A stretch of 64,000 nt of DNA. It comes from Deltaproteobacteria bacterium (GTDB lineage: Bacteria; Myxococcota_A; Polyangia; HGW-17; JAJRWW01). The stretch's first letter is position 1. Each line of letters opens with the position of its first letter. Shown one piece after another: positions 45,311 to 55,092 of this stretch. The stretch is from assembly GCA_029938605.1 (NCBI GenBank), contig JAOZUO010000004.1:23048-87047 (forward strand), in the 5' to 3' direction. A program made the translations under genes and the position numbers. The notes beneath the pieces were generated by a model. That model made no database searches, was not told the DNA's origin, and saw only the letters and a program-made list of their open reading frames with translations.

Positions 45311-45829
45311 TTACTCGGTCTTGAGCCTGAGGTTGATGGCGTGCAGGATCTCTGTATCCCGGTTGCGGGCGCGGCTTGTGATGGATCTTTGGTGGGTGGC
45401 CAGACCGATGTCCTCGTCGTTGATGTCTACTTGGAGGAGCTCGGCGATGAGGCGCACTAGCTCGGGGGGGGTGATGGGTTTTTCCAACACCCGTGCGGGG
45501 CGATGGTCCCGGGGGAAGGCGAGCAGTTGCCGCAGGGCCTCCTCGCCGAGCTCGTCCCGCAGGTGGGCGGTGATCAGGATGACCGGAATCCTCTCCCAGG
45601 GGCGGTTTTCGCGGAGCTTACGCAAAAAGGCCAGGCCGTTCATGCGCGGCATAACCATGTCGAGGGTGATCAAGTCCGGCGTGAGCGTGGCGAGCTGATC
45701 CAGGGCGTACTGACCGTCCTCGGCGGTGTGGACCACGAATCCGGCGTCTTCGGCGCAGGCCTCGAGGAACATGCGCACGTCCGGCTCGTCCTCCACTACC
45801 AGGATCGTTTTGTCATTCGCGTGTACCAT
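45311..45829 (-). CDS. Stand-alone CheY-like receiver (REC) protein, paralogue of the REC at 14357
   Basis: TILVVEDEPDVRMFLEACAEDAGFVVHTAEDGQYALDQLATLTPDLITLDMVMPRMNGLAFLRKL...IPVILITAH...DELGEEALRQL...EKPITPPELVRLI. It shares the distinctive DEPDVRMF(I/L)EA...GF.V.TA..G...PD(F/L)ITLD.VMP...IPV..I(S/T)AH..DELGE..(F/L)RQL...EKP..P.ELVR signature with the 14357 gene. 8-nt gap to the upstream HdrD-like gene. Confidence 0.8.
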   Translation of the reverse strand: MVHANDKTILVVEDEPDVRMFLEACAEDAGFVVHTAEDGQYALDQLATLTPDLITLDMVMPRMNGLAFLRKLRENRPWERIPVILITAHLRDELGEEALRQLLAFPRDHRPARVLEKPITPPELVRLIAELLQVDINDEDIGLATHQRSITSRARNRDTEILHAINLRLKTE

Positions 45830-45837
45830 GGGAGATT

Positions 45838-47448
45838 CTAGAACTCATCCTCCCACTTGATGAATCCCTCTTTGACCTCCGTCATGGCGTTGACGATGAG
45901 CTCCACGAGGCCCGAGTAGATCAAGCTCTCCTTCTCCTTCATCTCGTAGCGGTCGAAGATGTCGCGGATCTGGCCCTTACAGTTGGAGCAGGGAGCGCAG
46001 ACGTACTTGGGGGTCTCGGGCCCGCGGCAGTCACCGAAGGCGTCGAGGATCTGGGTTAGCTTTTTGCGGCCCGCTACCTTGTGACGCCAGTCGGGGATGT
46101 TGTTGCGGGTCATGATGGCGAAGCCGCTGCCCCCGCCGCAGCAGTAGTTGTGGACCCCATGGGGCACCATCTCCCGGAACTGCGGGCAGAGCTTCTTCAC
46201 GATGTCCCGTTGGGGCTTGATGATGCCCATGAGCCGGGTGACATTGCAGGGGTCGTGGATGGTCACGGGGAAGTCGTTGCGGCTCGGATCAAAGTCGATC
46301 TTGCCCGACATGACGATCTCCCTGAGCAGCGGGAAACAGCTCTCCCGGGGGGTCAAGAGCTCTTGGGGCAGCACGCGGTCGGCGATGACCGTCAGGGCCT
46401 TGTGGGCGTGGCCACACTCGCCCAGGACGATCTTGTCCACGTTGAGCTTCTTGGCTGCGTTGGCGTGGAGCAGAGCCGTGCGGGCGTACTGCACGTCGTC
46501 GTAGAACACGCCGTAGTTGATGGAGTCGTAGGCCGCCAGGTCGCTCGACAGGGTCCAGGAGCGGATGATGCCGGCCTTTTTCGCCGCCTCGAGGATGATG
46601 CCGAAGGCCCCCACGTTGTCGGGCCAGGCGAGGATCTCCCCGGCGTTGTGGATGAGCAGGATCTCGGCGCCCTCCACGTCCCAGGGGGTCTCGTACTCGT
46701 AGCCGGTTATTTCGGAGATGTCCTCGTCGATGAATTCCATGTTGTCCTTGACCACCAGGGAGTTCATGTTTGTGGAGGAGCCGGATTTGAGCTGCAGCAT
46801 GGATCCGTTTTTGTGCAGCTCGGGGGTGGTGATGCCCATCTCCTGGCTGAAGATCTTGCGGATCTCCCGGGCCACGAGGCCGTTGTCCGCCCCAATGGGA
46901 CAGGTCTGGGCGCAGCGTCGGCAGAGGTTGCAGCGATAGGCGAGCTCCCCCAGCCGTGCCACGGCCTGCCAGGTCAGGTCGATCTTGCCGTTGCGCCAGT
47001 CCGACCACATCTCGCCCTTGATGTGCTTTTTATAGATGCGGCGGAACACCTCCGTCCGGTAGGTGGGCCGGTACATCTCGTTTTCGCCGCTGGCTTCGTA
47101 GATGTGGCAGGCCTGCGAGCAGGTGTTGCACTTGGCGCAGTGGTCCATGGTGGTGACCAACTGCGCCAGGAAGGTCCAGTTGTTCTCGGCGGTGAAGAGC
47201 TTCTCCATGCCTGAGAGGAACTTCTCCACGAAAGCCTTCTGTTCGGCGGGAGTCTTGGGCTTGGGGATGGGTAGAATCGCCGTGTCATCCAGGATGCAGG
47301 CGAAATCTTCCCTGGTGGCCTCGGAGATCTCGCCCCACGCGGGCTCCTCGACGTCGATGGGCAGGGGCATGAGGTCGGCGTTGTCCACGTGGGCGAGCTG
47401 CGGCGTATCCTTGGAGATGTCAGTGATGCGGACGAATTTGTTACTCAT
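45838..47448 (-). CDS. HdrD-like iron-sulfur CCG-domain oxidoreductase (second copy; DsrK/HmeD/HmcF family)
   Basis: CAKCNTCSQACH and CNLCRRCAQTCPIG ferredoxin motifs. CCG-domain motifs are HDPCNVTRL, NYCCGGGSG and CAPCSNCKGQ. It has ~90 extra N-terminal residues relative to the first copy. Confidence 0.85.
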   Translation of the reverse strand: MSNKFVRITDISKDTPQLAHVDNADLMPLPIDVEEPAWGEISEATREDFACILDDTAILPIPKPKTPAEQKAFVEKFLSGMEKLFTAENNWTFLAQLVTTMDHCAKCNTCSQACHIYEASGENEMYRPTYRTEVFRRIYKKHIKGEMWSDWRNGKIDLTWQAVARLGELAYRCNLCRRCAQTCPIGADNGLVAREIRKIFSQEMGITTPELHKNGSMLQLKSGSSTNMNSLVVKDNMEFIDEDISEITGYEYETPWDVEGAEILLIHNAGEILAWPDNVGAFGIILEAAKKAGIIRSWTLSSDLAAYDSINYGVFYDDVQYARTALLHANAAKKLNVDKIVLGECGHAHKALTVIADRVLPQELLTPRESCFPLLREIVMSGKIDFDPSRNDFPVTIHDPCNVTRLMGIIKPQRDIVKKLCPQFREMVPHGVHNYCCGGGSGFAIMTRNNIPDWRHKVAGRKKLTQILDAFGDCRGPETPKYVCAPCSNCKGQIRDIFDRYEMKEKESLIYSGLVELIVNAMTEVKEGFIKWEDEF

Positions 47449-47453
47449 GGTCT

Positions 47454-48401
47454 CTACTCCGGTTCACTGCCGTCGGGCCGCATGGGGTTGTAGCTCGCCA
47501 CCTCCACCCAGTTCTTTTTGCCGTCGGCGTGGATATGCTCGGCGGCCCAGGAGACGGGCTGGCCCAGTGCCTCGCCGATGCGCCTGTTGGTCTCGGGGTT
47601 GTCGATGTTCGGCTCGTCTCCCCAGCGGATGTCGTGCCACAGGAAGTACTTCATGAAAAAGTGCGACATGTGCGTGAGCGGGATGTAGGCGAGCAACACG
47701 AAGATGAGGATCATCTGCGTGGCGAAGAGGGAGGACTCGAACTTGATGAACTTGAAGGTTAAGAGGCTGTAGACGAAACCTCGCATGGTGTGGAACTCGG
47801 GGTCCACCGTACGCCAGGTGTACAGGGCCACGCTGACGGTCACCAGAAAGAGCGCCAGGTTGAAGTAGTGGCCCACCGACGAGTAGTTGCGTAGCTCGAT
47901 GTTGGTGAGGCGTCGCAGCCCGAGGCCCAGGGCGCCCACCGCGCACAGCACAAAGCCCACGGGACCGACGATGCTCGTCACAGCGATCATCAGCCCAGCT
48001 GTGCCACCGGCCCCCGGGAACATGGAGATCCCGGCGGCGTGCAGGATCGCACCGAAGATCAGGAGACCGGCGAAACCCGCCAGGACGTAGAGCCCGAAGT
48101 GGAAGGGGAAGCTCACCCACCACAGGGATTTGTTGTGCTCCCAGACGCCTTTGAGCAGGAGGATCTCGGGGATCATCACCTTCATCTCCCCGAACAGGGA
48201 GACCTCCCGCTTCTTCTTCCACCAGTCCACCTCCTCGAGATAGCCGCCACCCCACTCGGCGCGCTTGGCCTCGTGGGCCACGGGGTACAGCTCCCAGCGT
48301 ACGTGCTGGGGCAGCCTTTTGTAGGCCATGATCCGGGCAAACACGGCGCCTAGAAATACGACTATGGCCGTGTAGGCGACCAGGTAGGCAACGATTGACA
48401 T
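47454..48401 (-). CDS. NarI-type cytochrome b membrane subunit (second copy; DsrM/HmeC family)
   Basis: 315 aa with six TM helices and His residues in helices (FPFHFGLYVL, AILHAAG, VGHYFNLALF, THMSHFFMKYFLWHDI). A 5-nt gap separates it from the HdrD-like gene. Confidence 0.8.
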   Translation of the reverse strand: MSIVAYLVAYTAIVVFLGAVFARIMAYKRLPQHVRWELYPVAHEAKRAEWGGGYLEEVDWWKKKREVSLFGEMKVMIPEILLLKGVWEHNKSLWWVSFPFHFGLYVLAGFAGLLIFGAILHAAGISMFPGAGGTAGLMIAVTSIVGPVGFVLCAVGALGLGLRRLTNIELRNYSSVGHYFNLALFLVTVSVALYTWRTVDPEFHTMRGFVYSLLTFKFIKFESSLFATQMILIFVLLAYIPLTHMSHFFMKYFLWHDIRWGDEPNIDNPETNRRIGEALGQPVSWAAEHIHADGKKNWVEVASYNPMRPDGSEPE

Positions 48402-48456
48402 GGTGAATCTCCTCTCTTCGTCAGCGCTGGGGGCAATTGCGGTTCCTATAGGGCCC

Positions 48457-48837
48457 TTAGGAGAGGAGGTCCGCGATCATCTTCAGCAGCTTGTCCTGAT
48501 CGATGGGCTTGGCCATGAACCCCTCGGGATTGGGCACCTGTTTTCTCGATTTGAGAAAGTGCTCCATGGGCTCTCCCACGGCGGTGATGATCACCACCGG
48601 GATCTTCGCCAGGTCGGGGTCGTCCTTGAGCTTCCGATAGGACTTCACCCCGGACTGCTCCGGCATGGTGATGTCGAGGGTGATCAGGTCCGGCGACGCT
48701 TCCTGGGCCAGGTTCAGACCTTCGATGCCATTTGCGGCCTCGAGGGTGGTGTAGCCGTGATCGGACAGAAGCGACTTGAGAAATGTTCGCACGTCCGGCT
48801 CATCGTCGACGATCAGAATGGTCTTGTTCTCGCTCAT
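48457..48837 (-). CDS. Stand-alone CheY-like receiver (REC) protein, third paralogue
   Basis: TILIVDDEPDVRTFLKSLLSDHGYTTLEAANGIEGLNLAQEASPDLITLDITMPEQSG...IPVVIITAVGEP...MAKPIDQDKLLKMIADL. Same subfamily signature as the other two REC genes. Confidence 0.8.
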   Translation of the reverse strand: MSENKTILIVDDEPDVRTFLKSLLSDHGYTTLEAANGIEGLNLAQEASPDLITLDITMPEQSGVKSYRKLKDDPDLAKIPVVIITAVGEPMEHFLKSRKQVPNPEGFMAKPIDQDKLLKMIADLLS

Positions 48838-48852
48838 GATTCCTAGACGTCC

Positions 48853-49107
48853 TTAGGTCGTGGAGGGTTGTGGTGGTGGTTCGTCCGCGTTCGGTTCGTC
48901 CGCGTTGGATGCACCCGATTCCTGGTGCAGCTTCAGCTCGTTCTGGGCGAGGCTTCGGACCTTGTAGGCCTTGTCCCGCATGGAGCCGAACACGATTCCG
49001 CACCCGGCGTCGGTACGGCAGGCGTCCCCGGCCGAAGCCAGCGCGATCATCTCCTCGGAGAGGTGAATGGCCTGCCTGAGGTAATCGTCTGGGGTCTGGC
49101 TGTCCAT
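48853..49107 (-). CDS. Small cytoplasmic cysteine-containing protein (C-x5-C), first gene of the sigma-54-driven REC-NarI-HdrD-REC operon
   Basis: 84 aa: MDSQTPDDYLRQAIHLSEEMIALASAGDACRTDAGCGIVFGSMRDKAYKVRSL..., with a C-terminal NADEPNADEP repeat. AAGGAG lies 11 nt upstream of ATG and a sigma-54 promoter ~35 nt upstream. Confidence 0.4.
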   Translation of the reverse strand: MDSQTPDDYLRQAIHLSEEMIALASAGDACRTDAGCGIVFGSMRDKAYKVRSLAQNELKLHQESGASNADEPNADEPPPQPSTT

Positions 49108-49150
49108 CGGGTTGCACGCTCCTTATGGTTGGGCTGCGACCGATACCCAA

Positions 49151-49166
49151 TGCAACCTGCGGGCCA
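49151..49166 (-). promoter_or_regulatory. Sigma-54 (-24/-12) promoter, minus strand
   Basis: The minus-strand sequence TGGCCCG-CAGG-TTGCA matches the consensus TGGCACG-N4-TTGCW at 15 of 16 defined positions with correct spacing. The predicted start of transcription lies ~33 nt upstream of the ATG at 49107. Confidence 0.55.
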
Positions 49167-49353
49167 GCTTCGTGACGACCTGGAGATCCCCTGTGATTGC
49201 GAGCGTATGTCCGGAAAGTGCTGGAAAGTGTCTGAGACCGGTGGGGGGGCGTGTGTCGGGATATTTCGGGTTTTTTTCCAATCGTCCGGGGTTGATAACG
49301 AGGCTAACACACTGGAAACACTGATACCTGTGGCCGACAGGTGGATGGGTTCC

Positions 49354-49397
49354 GTGTCTCGGGATCGAATCCGGGACACGCCCGAGACACGAGACAC
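49354..49397. promoter_or_regulatory. Cluster of GTGTC(T)CGGG half-sites in palindromic arrangement, candidate enhancer (UAS) for the adjacent sigma-54 activator
   Basis: gtgtctcggg atcgaat ccgggacac g cccgagacac gagacacggg contains a 26-nt near-palindrome plus a 10-bp inverted repeat. It lies ~190-240 bp upstream of the sigma-54 promoter and just downstream of the activator gene stop. No U-tract follows, so a simple terminator is unlikely. Confidence 0.4.
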
Positions 49398-49423
49398 GGG
49401 GGGGGGCGCGGTCCGGGGGCGCT

Positions 49424-51172
<1,749 letters not shown>

Positions 51173-51289
51173 GCTGCTTCTTCCCGCGTGGTCGTTGCCT
51201 GCCGTCGTTGCCTGCCTCGCTGCCTAAGCCTGGTTCTCCTACATGCGTCGCCAAAGGTCAACCGAGGTCCGCTGCCGGCGGGGCGATCT

Positions 51290-51358
51290 GGGCTCAGGCT
51301 TGGGCTCAGGCTTGGGCACTGCTTGGGCACTGCTTGGGCACTGCTTGGGCTTAGGCCT
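51290..51358. repeat. Intergenic compound tandem repeat (12-bp x2 then 11-bp x3)
   Basis: gggctcaggctt gggctcaggctt gggcactgctt gggcactgctt gggcactgctt gggcttaggcctgg. It lies between the hybrid kinase gene end and the sigma-54 activator gene start (minus strand). Confidence 0.85.
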
Positions 51359-53276
51359 GGACTCGGACCTGCCCGCGACGCTCCTCGAGCTCGGCCATGG
51401 CCTCGCGCATCTTCGCCAGACCGTAAGGCTTTGGCAGCACGCCCGAGAAGCCGTGGGACTGGTAGTCGGCCATCACCGGGTCCTGGGAGTAGCCGCTGGA
51501 GACGATGGCCAACACCTCCGGATCGAGCTGACGCAACTGCTTCATGGTCTCGGCGCCTCCGAGTCCACCGGGCACCGTCAGGTCGAGAATCACTAGGTCG
51601 ATGGGGCGGTCCGCGGCTCGCGCCTCTTTCCAGAGTGAGATTGCCTCGGCGCCGTCGGCGGCGGTGGTGATCTCGTACCCCAGCTTGGGCACAATCCGTT
51701 TGGCCATTCGCAAGATACGAGAGTCGTCGTCCATGATCAGCACCCGGCCTCCGTGTACCGCCCGAGAGTGCGTCTCGGTGCGCTTGGGCTCGGGCGTCTT
51801 GTCGTTGGCCGGAAGGTAGATGTTGAAAGTCGTGCCTTGGTCGACCACCGGGTCCACCTGAATGTGGCCGCCGTGGTTGCGTACAATGGAGTAGCACACC
51901 GTTAAGCCCAGGCCGGAACCGGTTTCTTTTGTGGTGAAGTAGGGGTCGAAGATCCGGTCCAGATTCTCCGGCAGAATTCCCTGTCCCTCGTCCTGCAGCC
52001 GGATCCGGGCGTAGGATCCGGGGTCCAGGGGCAGCCCGGAATCGCTGTCGACCTCCGCAACTGAGCTGGTGACCTCGAGCGTTCCGCCGTGGTCCATGGC
52101 CTGCACGGCGTTGATACAGATGTTGCTCACCACCTGCGATATCTGTCCCGGATCTGCGTCCACCCGCGGGAGGTCGCCGAGGTTCAATCGGGTGACGATG
52201 TTGGAGCCGCTGGTCGCGAGGGAGACCGCCTCGGTGATGAGGTCGTCGAGGGCTAGATTTTGCTTCACCGGTTTGCCGCCGCGAGAGAAAGTGAGTAGCT
52301 GCTGGGTGAGGCGCTGCGCTTGATTGGCGGCCAGCCTCGCATCCTCCAGCTCATCTGGCGTGTTATCGGGCCATCCATCGGGCGGGGCGGTCAGGGACAA
52401 GTTGCCGATGATCACCGTCAGCAGATTGTTGAAGTCATGGGCGATGCCCCCGGCTAGGACCCCCAAGGCCTCGAGCTTCTGGGCCTTGAGTAGCTCCTGT
52501 TCCATGGCGCGCCTGGTGGTGATGTCGCGCGCAATTCCCTCCACCGCGATCACTTGCCCCGCGGAGTCGAGCACCGGCGTCTCGAGCACTTCGAACCGCC
52601 GCGGCTCGCCTGACTTGTGAAGAATGTCCACCTCGTAGGGCTGCTGCTGCTCACCGGCGATGCTGCGTTCCGTGTACCTCCGCGCCTCTTCGTTGACGGG
52701 ATCATCAGTGAAGTGTTTGTCGTAGCCGGTGCGATACTCTTGGGTGGTGTAACCCAGGACGTCTTGAATCGAAGGGCTGAGGTAGGTGAAGGCGCCGTGC
52801 CTGTCGTGGGAGTAGAAAAAATACTCCTGGCGCAGGTTCTCCACCAGCCGTCGGTATCGCTCCTCGCTTTGCCGAAGGTGCTCCACGGCCAGCTTGGCTT
52901 CGGTTGCGTCGGTGAAGACGCTTGCGATTTCTCCCGTGGCGAGCTTGTAGATGTGGTTCTCGCGCCACCCGGCCGCCCGGTCATCTTTGTAGAAGGTGAT
53001 GGGGAGGTGCTCCGCCTCGCCGGTTCGCCACACCCGATGCATGACCTCTACCAGACCGAACTGTTCGACGCCGGGAAATACCTCGAAGATGTCCTTGCCC
53101 ACCACCTCGCGTCGGTCGATGTTTTCCAGACGTTGGGCGGCCAGGTTGAGGTTGGCGATGATGAAGCTGCGTCCGTCGTCCACGGCGCGGTAGACGATGA
53201 CAGCACTTTCCAGTTGCTCGCATAGGCTACCGAGGTCGAACGCGGAGACACCGTCTGGTTTTTTCTGATCGTTCAT
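51351..53276 (-). CDS. Hybrid sensor histidine kinase (multiple PAS - HisKA - HATPase_c - C-terminal receiver)
   Basis: H-box AHDFNNLLTVIIGNLSL, ATP-lid GSGLGLTVCYSIVRNHGGHIQV and a C-terminal REC (RVLIMDDDSRILRMAKRIVPKLGYEITTAADGAEAI...IDLVILDLTVPGGLGGAETMKQL...AIVSSGYS). Confidence 0.85.
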   Translation of the reverse strand: MNDQKKPDGVSAFDLGSLCEQLESAVIVYRAVDDGRSFIIANLNLAAQRLENIDRREVVGKDIFEVFPGVEQFGLVEVMHRVWRTGEAEHLPITFYKDDRAAGWRENHIYKLATGEIASVFTDATEAKLAVEHLRQSEERYRRLVENLRQEYFFYSHDRHGAFTYLSPSIQDVLGYTTQEYRTGYDKHFTDDPVNEEARRYTERSIAGEQQQPYEVDILHKSGEPRRFEVLETPVLDSAGQVIAVEGIARDITTRRAMEQELLKAQKLEALGVLAGGIAHDFNNLLTVIIGNLSLTAPPDGWPDNTPDELEDARLAANQAQRLTQQLLTFSRGGKPVKQNLALDDLITEAVSLATSGSNIVTRLNLGDLPRVDADPGQISQVVSNICINAVQAMDHGGTLEVTSSVAEVDSDSGLPLDPGSYARIRLQDEGQGILPENLDRIFDPYFTTKETGSGLGLTVCYSIVRNHGGHIQVDPVVDQGTTFNIYLPANDKTPEPKRTETHSRAVHGGRVLIMDDDSRILRMAKRIVPKLGYEITTAADGAEAISLWKEARAADRPIDLVILDLTVPGGLGGAETMKQLRQLDPEVLAIVSSGYSQDPVMADYQSHGFSGVLPKPYGLAKMREAMAELEERRGQVRVQA

Positions 53277-53395
53277 CCGAGTCGAATTGGAGCCAGTCGC
53301 GGTAACGGCATGGTCGGATTGCAGATGTGAAACATAGTCTTCCTTACGAAGTTATTCATGTGTGATAAATAGTATGTCTTTACTATCTCGAGGCG

Positions 53396-54556
53396 TCAAG
53401 GGTCATAGGTTCCCGGGCTGGATCCCCGGTCTGAGGCGTTCAGCAGCTCCAGGATGCGCTGGTTGGCTCGGGGGAAGGCCAGATCGGATAGCTGCGCCAC
53501 GGGGAGCCACTGCCAGGCGTCAGCAGCCCGGGGCTTCGGCGTTCCGCCCAGGTGGGTGCAGTGATAGGCGTGTAGGGTGATGCGGAAGTGAGTGTAGGCG
53601 TGTTCGAGGGTGGTGATCTTCGTTCCCACGGACACTTCGATGCCCAGCTCCTCGGCGATCTCCCGGCGTACGGTCTCAGTGAGCTTCTCCCGTCCTTCGC
53701 GCTTGCCCCCGGGGAACTCCCACAGGCCGCCCAGCAGGCCGTCTGCCGGGCGTTTTTGTACCAACACATCGCCAATGTCGTTGTGGATGACCCCTACGCC
53801 GATGGTGTAGTGGGGCGTGGCTCGCTTGGGCCTGGGTAGGGGGATCTGGTGCTGGCGCCCCTGTCGGTGGGCTTGGCACCAGCGGCGCACGGGGCAGTCG
53901 CCACACGTCGGCGCGCCCGAGCCGCACACTGTGGCGCCCAACTCCATGAGTGCCTGGTTGTGGTCCGCCGGGTCCGGTGCATCCTCCACCAGGATCTCGG
54001 CCGCCCGCCAGAGCCACCGGTCCACGGGCGGCCGCCCCTTGTCGGCAGCTACCGCATAGAGCCGCAGCAGCACCCGCTTGACGTTGGCGTCGAGCACCGG
54101 ATGGCGCTGCCCATGGGCGAAGCACAGGATGGACCCGGCCGTGGATCGCCCCACCCCTGGCAGCCCGTTGACCGCCGCCAGGTCCCGGGGCATCAGCCCG
54201 CCGTGGTCTGTCACCAGGATCCCCGCCGCCCGGTGCAGGTTGCGCGCCCTGGCGTAGTAGCCGAGCCCCTCCCACAGCTTGAGCACCTCGTCGAGCTCGG
54301 CGGTGGCCAGCGTCGCGACATCGCGAAAACGCTCCAGGAACCGTTGGTAGTACGGGATCACCGTCTCCACCCGAGTTTGCTGGAGCATGATCTCAGAGAC
54401 CCAGATGCGATAGGGATCGGGCGTCCGCCGCCAGGGTAGGTCCCGATGACCGCGCCCATACCAGGCCCCAAGCGCTCTGGCGAAGGCCGGTCGCCGCCGA
54501 AGGATCGGTAGCTCCGGCAGCGCCGGCAGCTCCGGTTTGCTTTCTTTCTTCGCCAT
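53396..54556 (-). CDS. mutY: A/G-specific adenine DNA glycosylase MutY
   Basis: HhH-GPD core (LPGVGRSTAGSIL), a [4Fe-4S] loop (CGSGAPTCGDCPVRRWC) and a C-terminal NUDIX-like domain (LWEFPGGKREGRE...). Start placed at MAKKESK (54556); the ORF extends to 54637. Confidence 0.8.
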   Translation of the reverse strand: MAKKESKPELPALPELPILRRRPAFARALGAWYGRGHRDLPWRRTPDPYRIWVSEIMLQQTRVETVIPYYQRFLERFRDVATLATAELDEVLKLWEGLGYYARARNLHRAAGILVTDHGGLMPRDLAAVNGLPGVGRSTAGSILCFAHGQRHPVLDANVKRVLLRLYAVAADKGRPPVDRWLWRAAEILVEDAPDPADHNQALMELGATVCGSGAPTCGDCPVRRWCQAHRQGRQHQIPLPRPKRATPHYTIGVGVIHNDIGDVLVQKRPADGLLGGLWEFPGGKREGREKLTETVRREIAEELGIEVSVGTKITTLEHAYTHFRITLHAYHCTHLGGTPKPRAADAWQWLPVAQLSDLAFPRANQRILELLNASDRGSSPGTYDP

Positions 54557-54710
54557 GCTCACGGGGCAGTCATTCAATCGCTCGTCGTCTGCCTGATGGT
54601 GTAGCAAAGATTGGGCCGTCGGGGAAAGAGGGCCCAAAGACCCGGTGGTCGACTCGTGCGTTTGTAGAAGGGTCGGAACCGATCACAAACGCCGTCTTCA
54701 GGAGGTCATC

Positions 54711-55001
54711 ATGCGTTCGATGTTGTTTGTCTGCTCGTTTCTCGCTGCCGCTGTTCTGATGACCGGGGCAGCCTTCTCCGCCCCGGCGCCGTCACCCGAG
54801 GCCGCCAAAACGGTCGACAAGTGCCTAAAGGACAAACACGGCATCATCCGGTGTGACCTCAGCGGTAGCGAGATCCCTGGGATCCTGGTCACGCCCAAGG
54901 GTACGATCATCTTGGGGAGTCGATCCATTGTCTGCGGCGGATTGATCGAATACCGGCAGAGCTTTCTCCCCGAGATCTACAAGACCGTCGAGGCGCTGTA
55001 G
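54711..55001 (+). CDS. Small secreted protein, hypothetical
   Basis: Internal start MRSMLFVCSFLAAAVLMTGAAFSAPAPS (signal peptide). A ~70-aa mature part has 3 Cys. Confidence 0.45.
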   Translation: MRSMLFVCSFLAAAVLMTGAAFSAPAPSPEAAKTVDKCLKDKHGIIRCDLSGSEIPGILVTPKGTIILGSRSIVCGGLIEYRQSFLPEIYKTVEAL

Positions 55002-55092
55002 TCCGGAGGCGGCGATGAGGAGAGGATGACGCTTGATTCGGCGCCATTTCTGGGAGACACTTGAATCTTCGAACTACAGTAAGGAGTGTCTC

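Noticed and set aside
49345-49375. 'tcgggatcgaatccggga' resembling a tRNA T-arm (GGTTCGAATCC-like)
   Set aside because: It is an isolated hairpin with no cloverleaf context. It is better explained as part of the palindromic GTGTC-CGGG half-site cluster upstream of the sigma-54 promoter.
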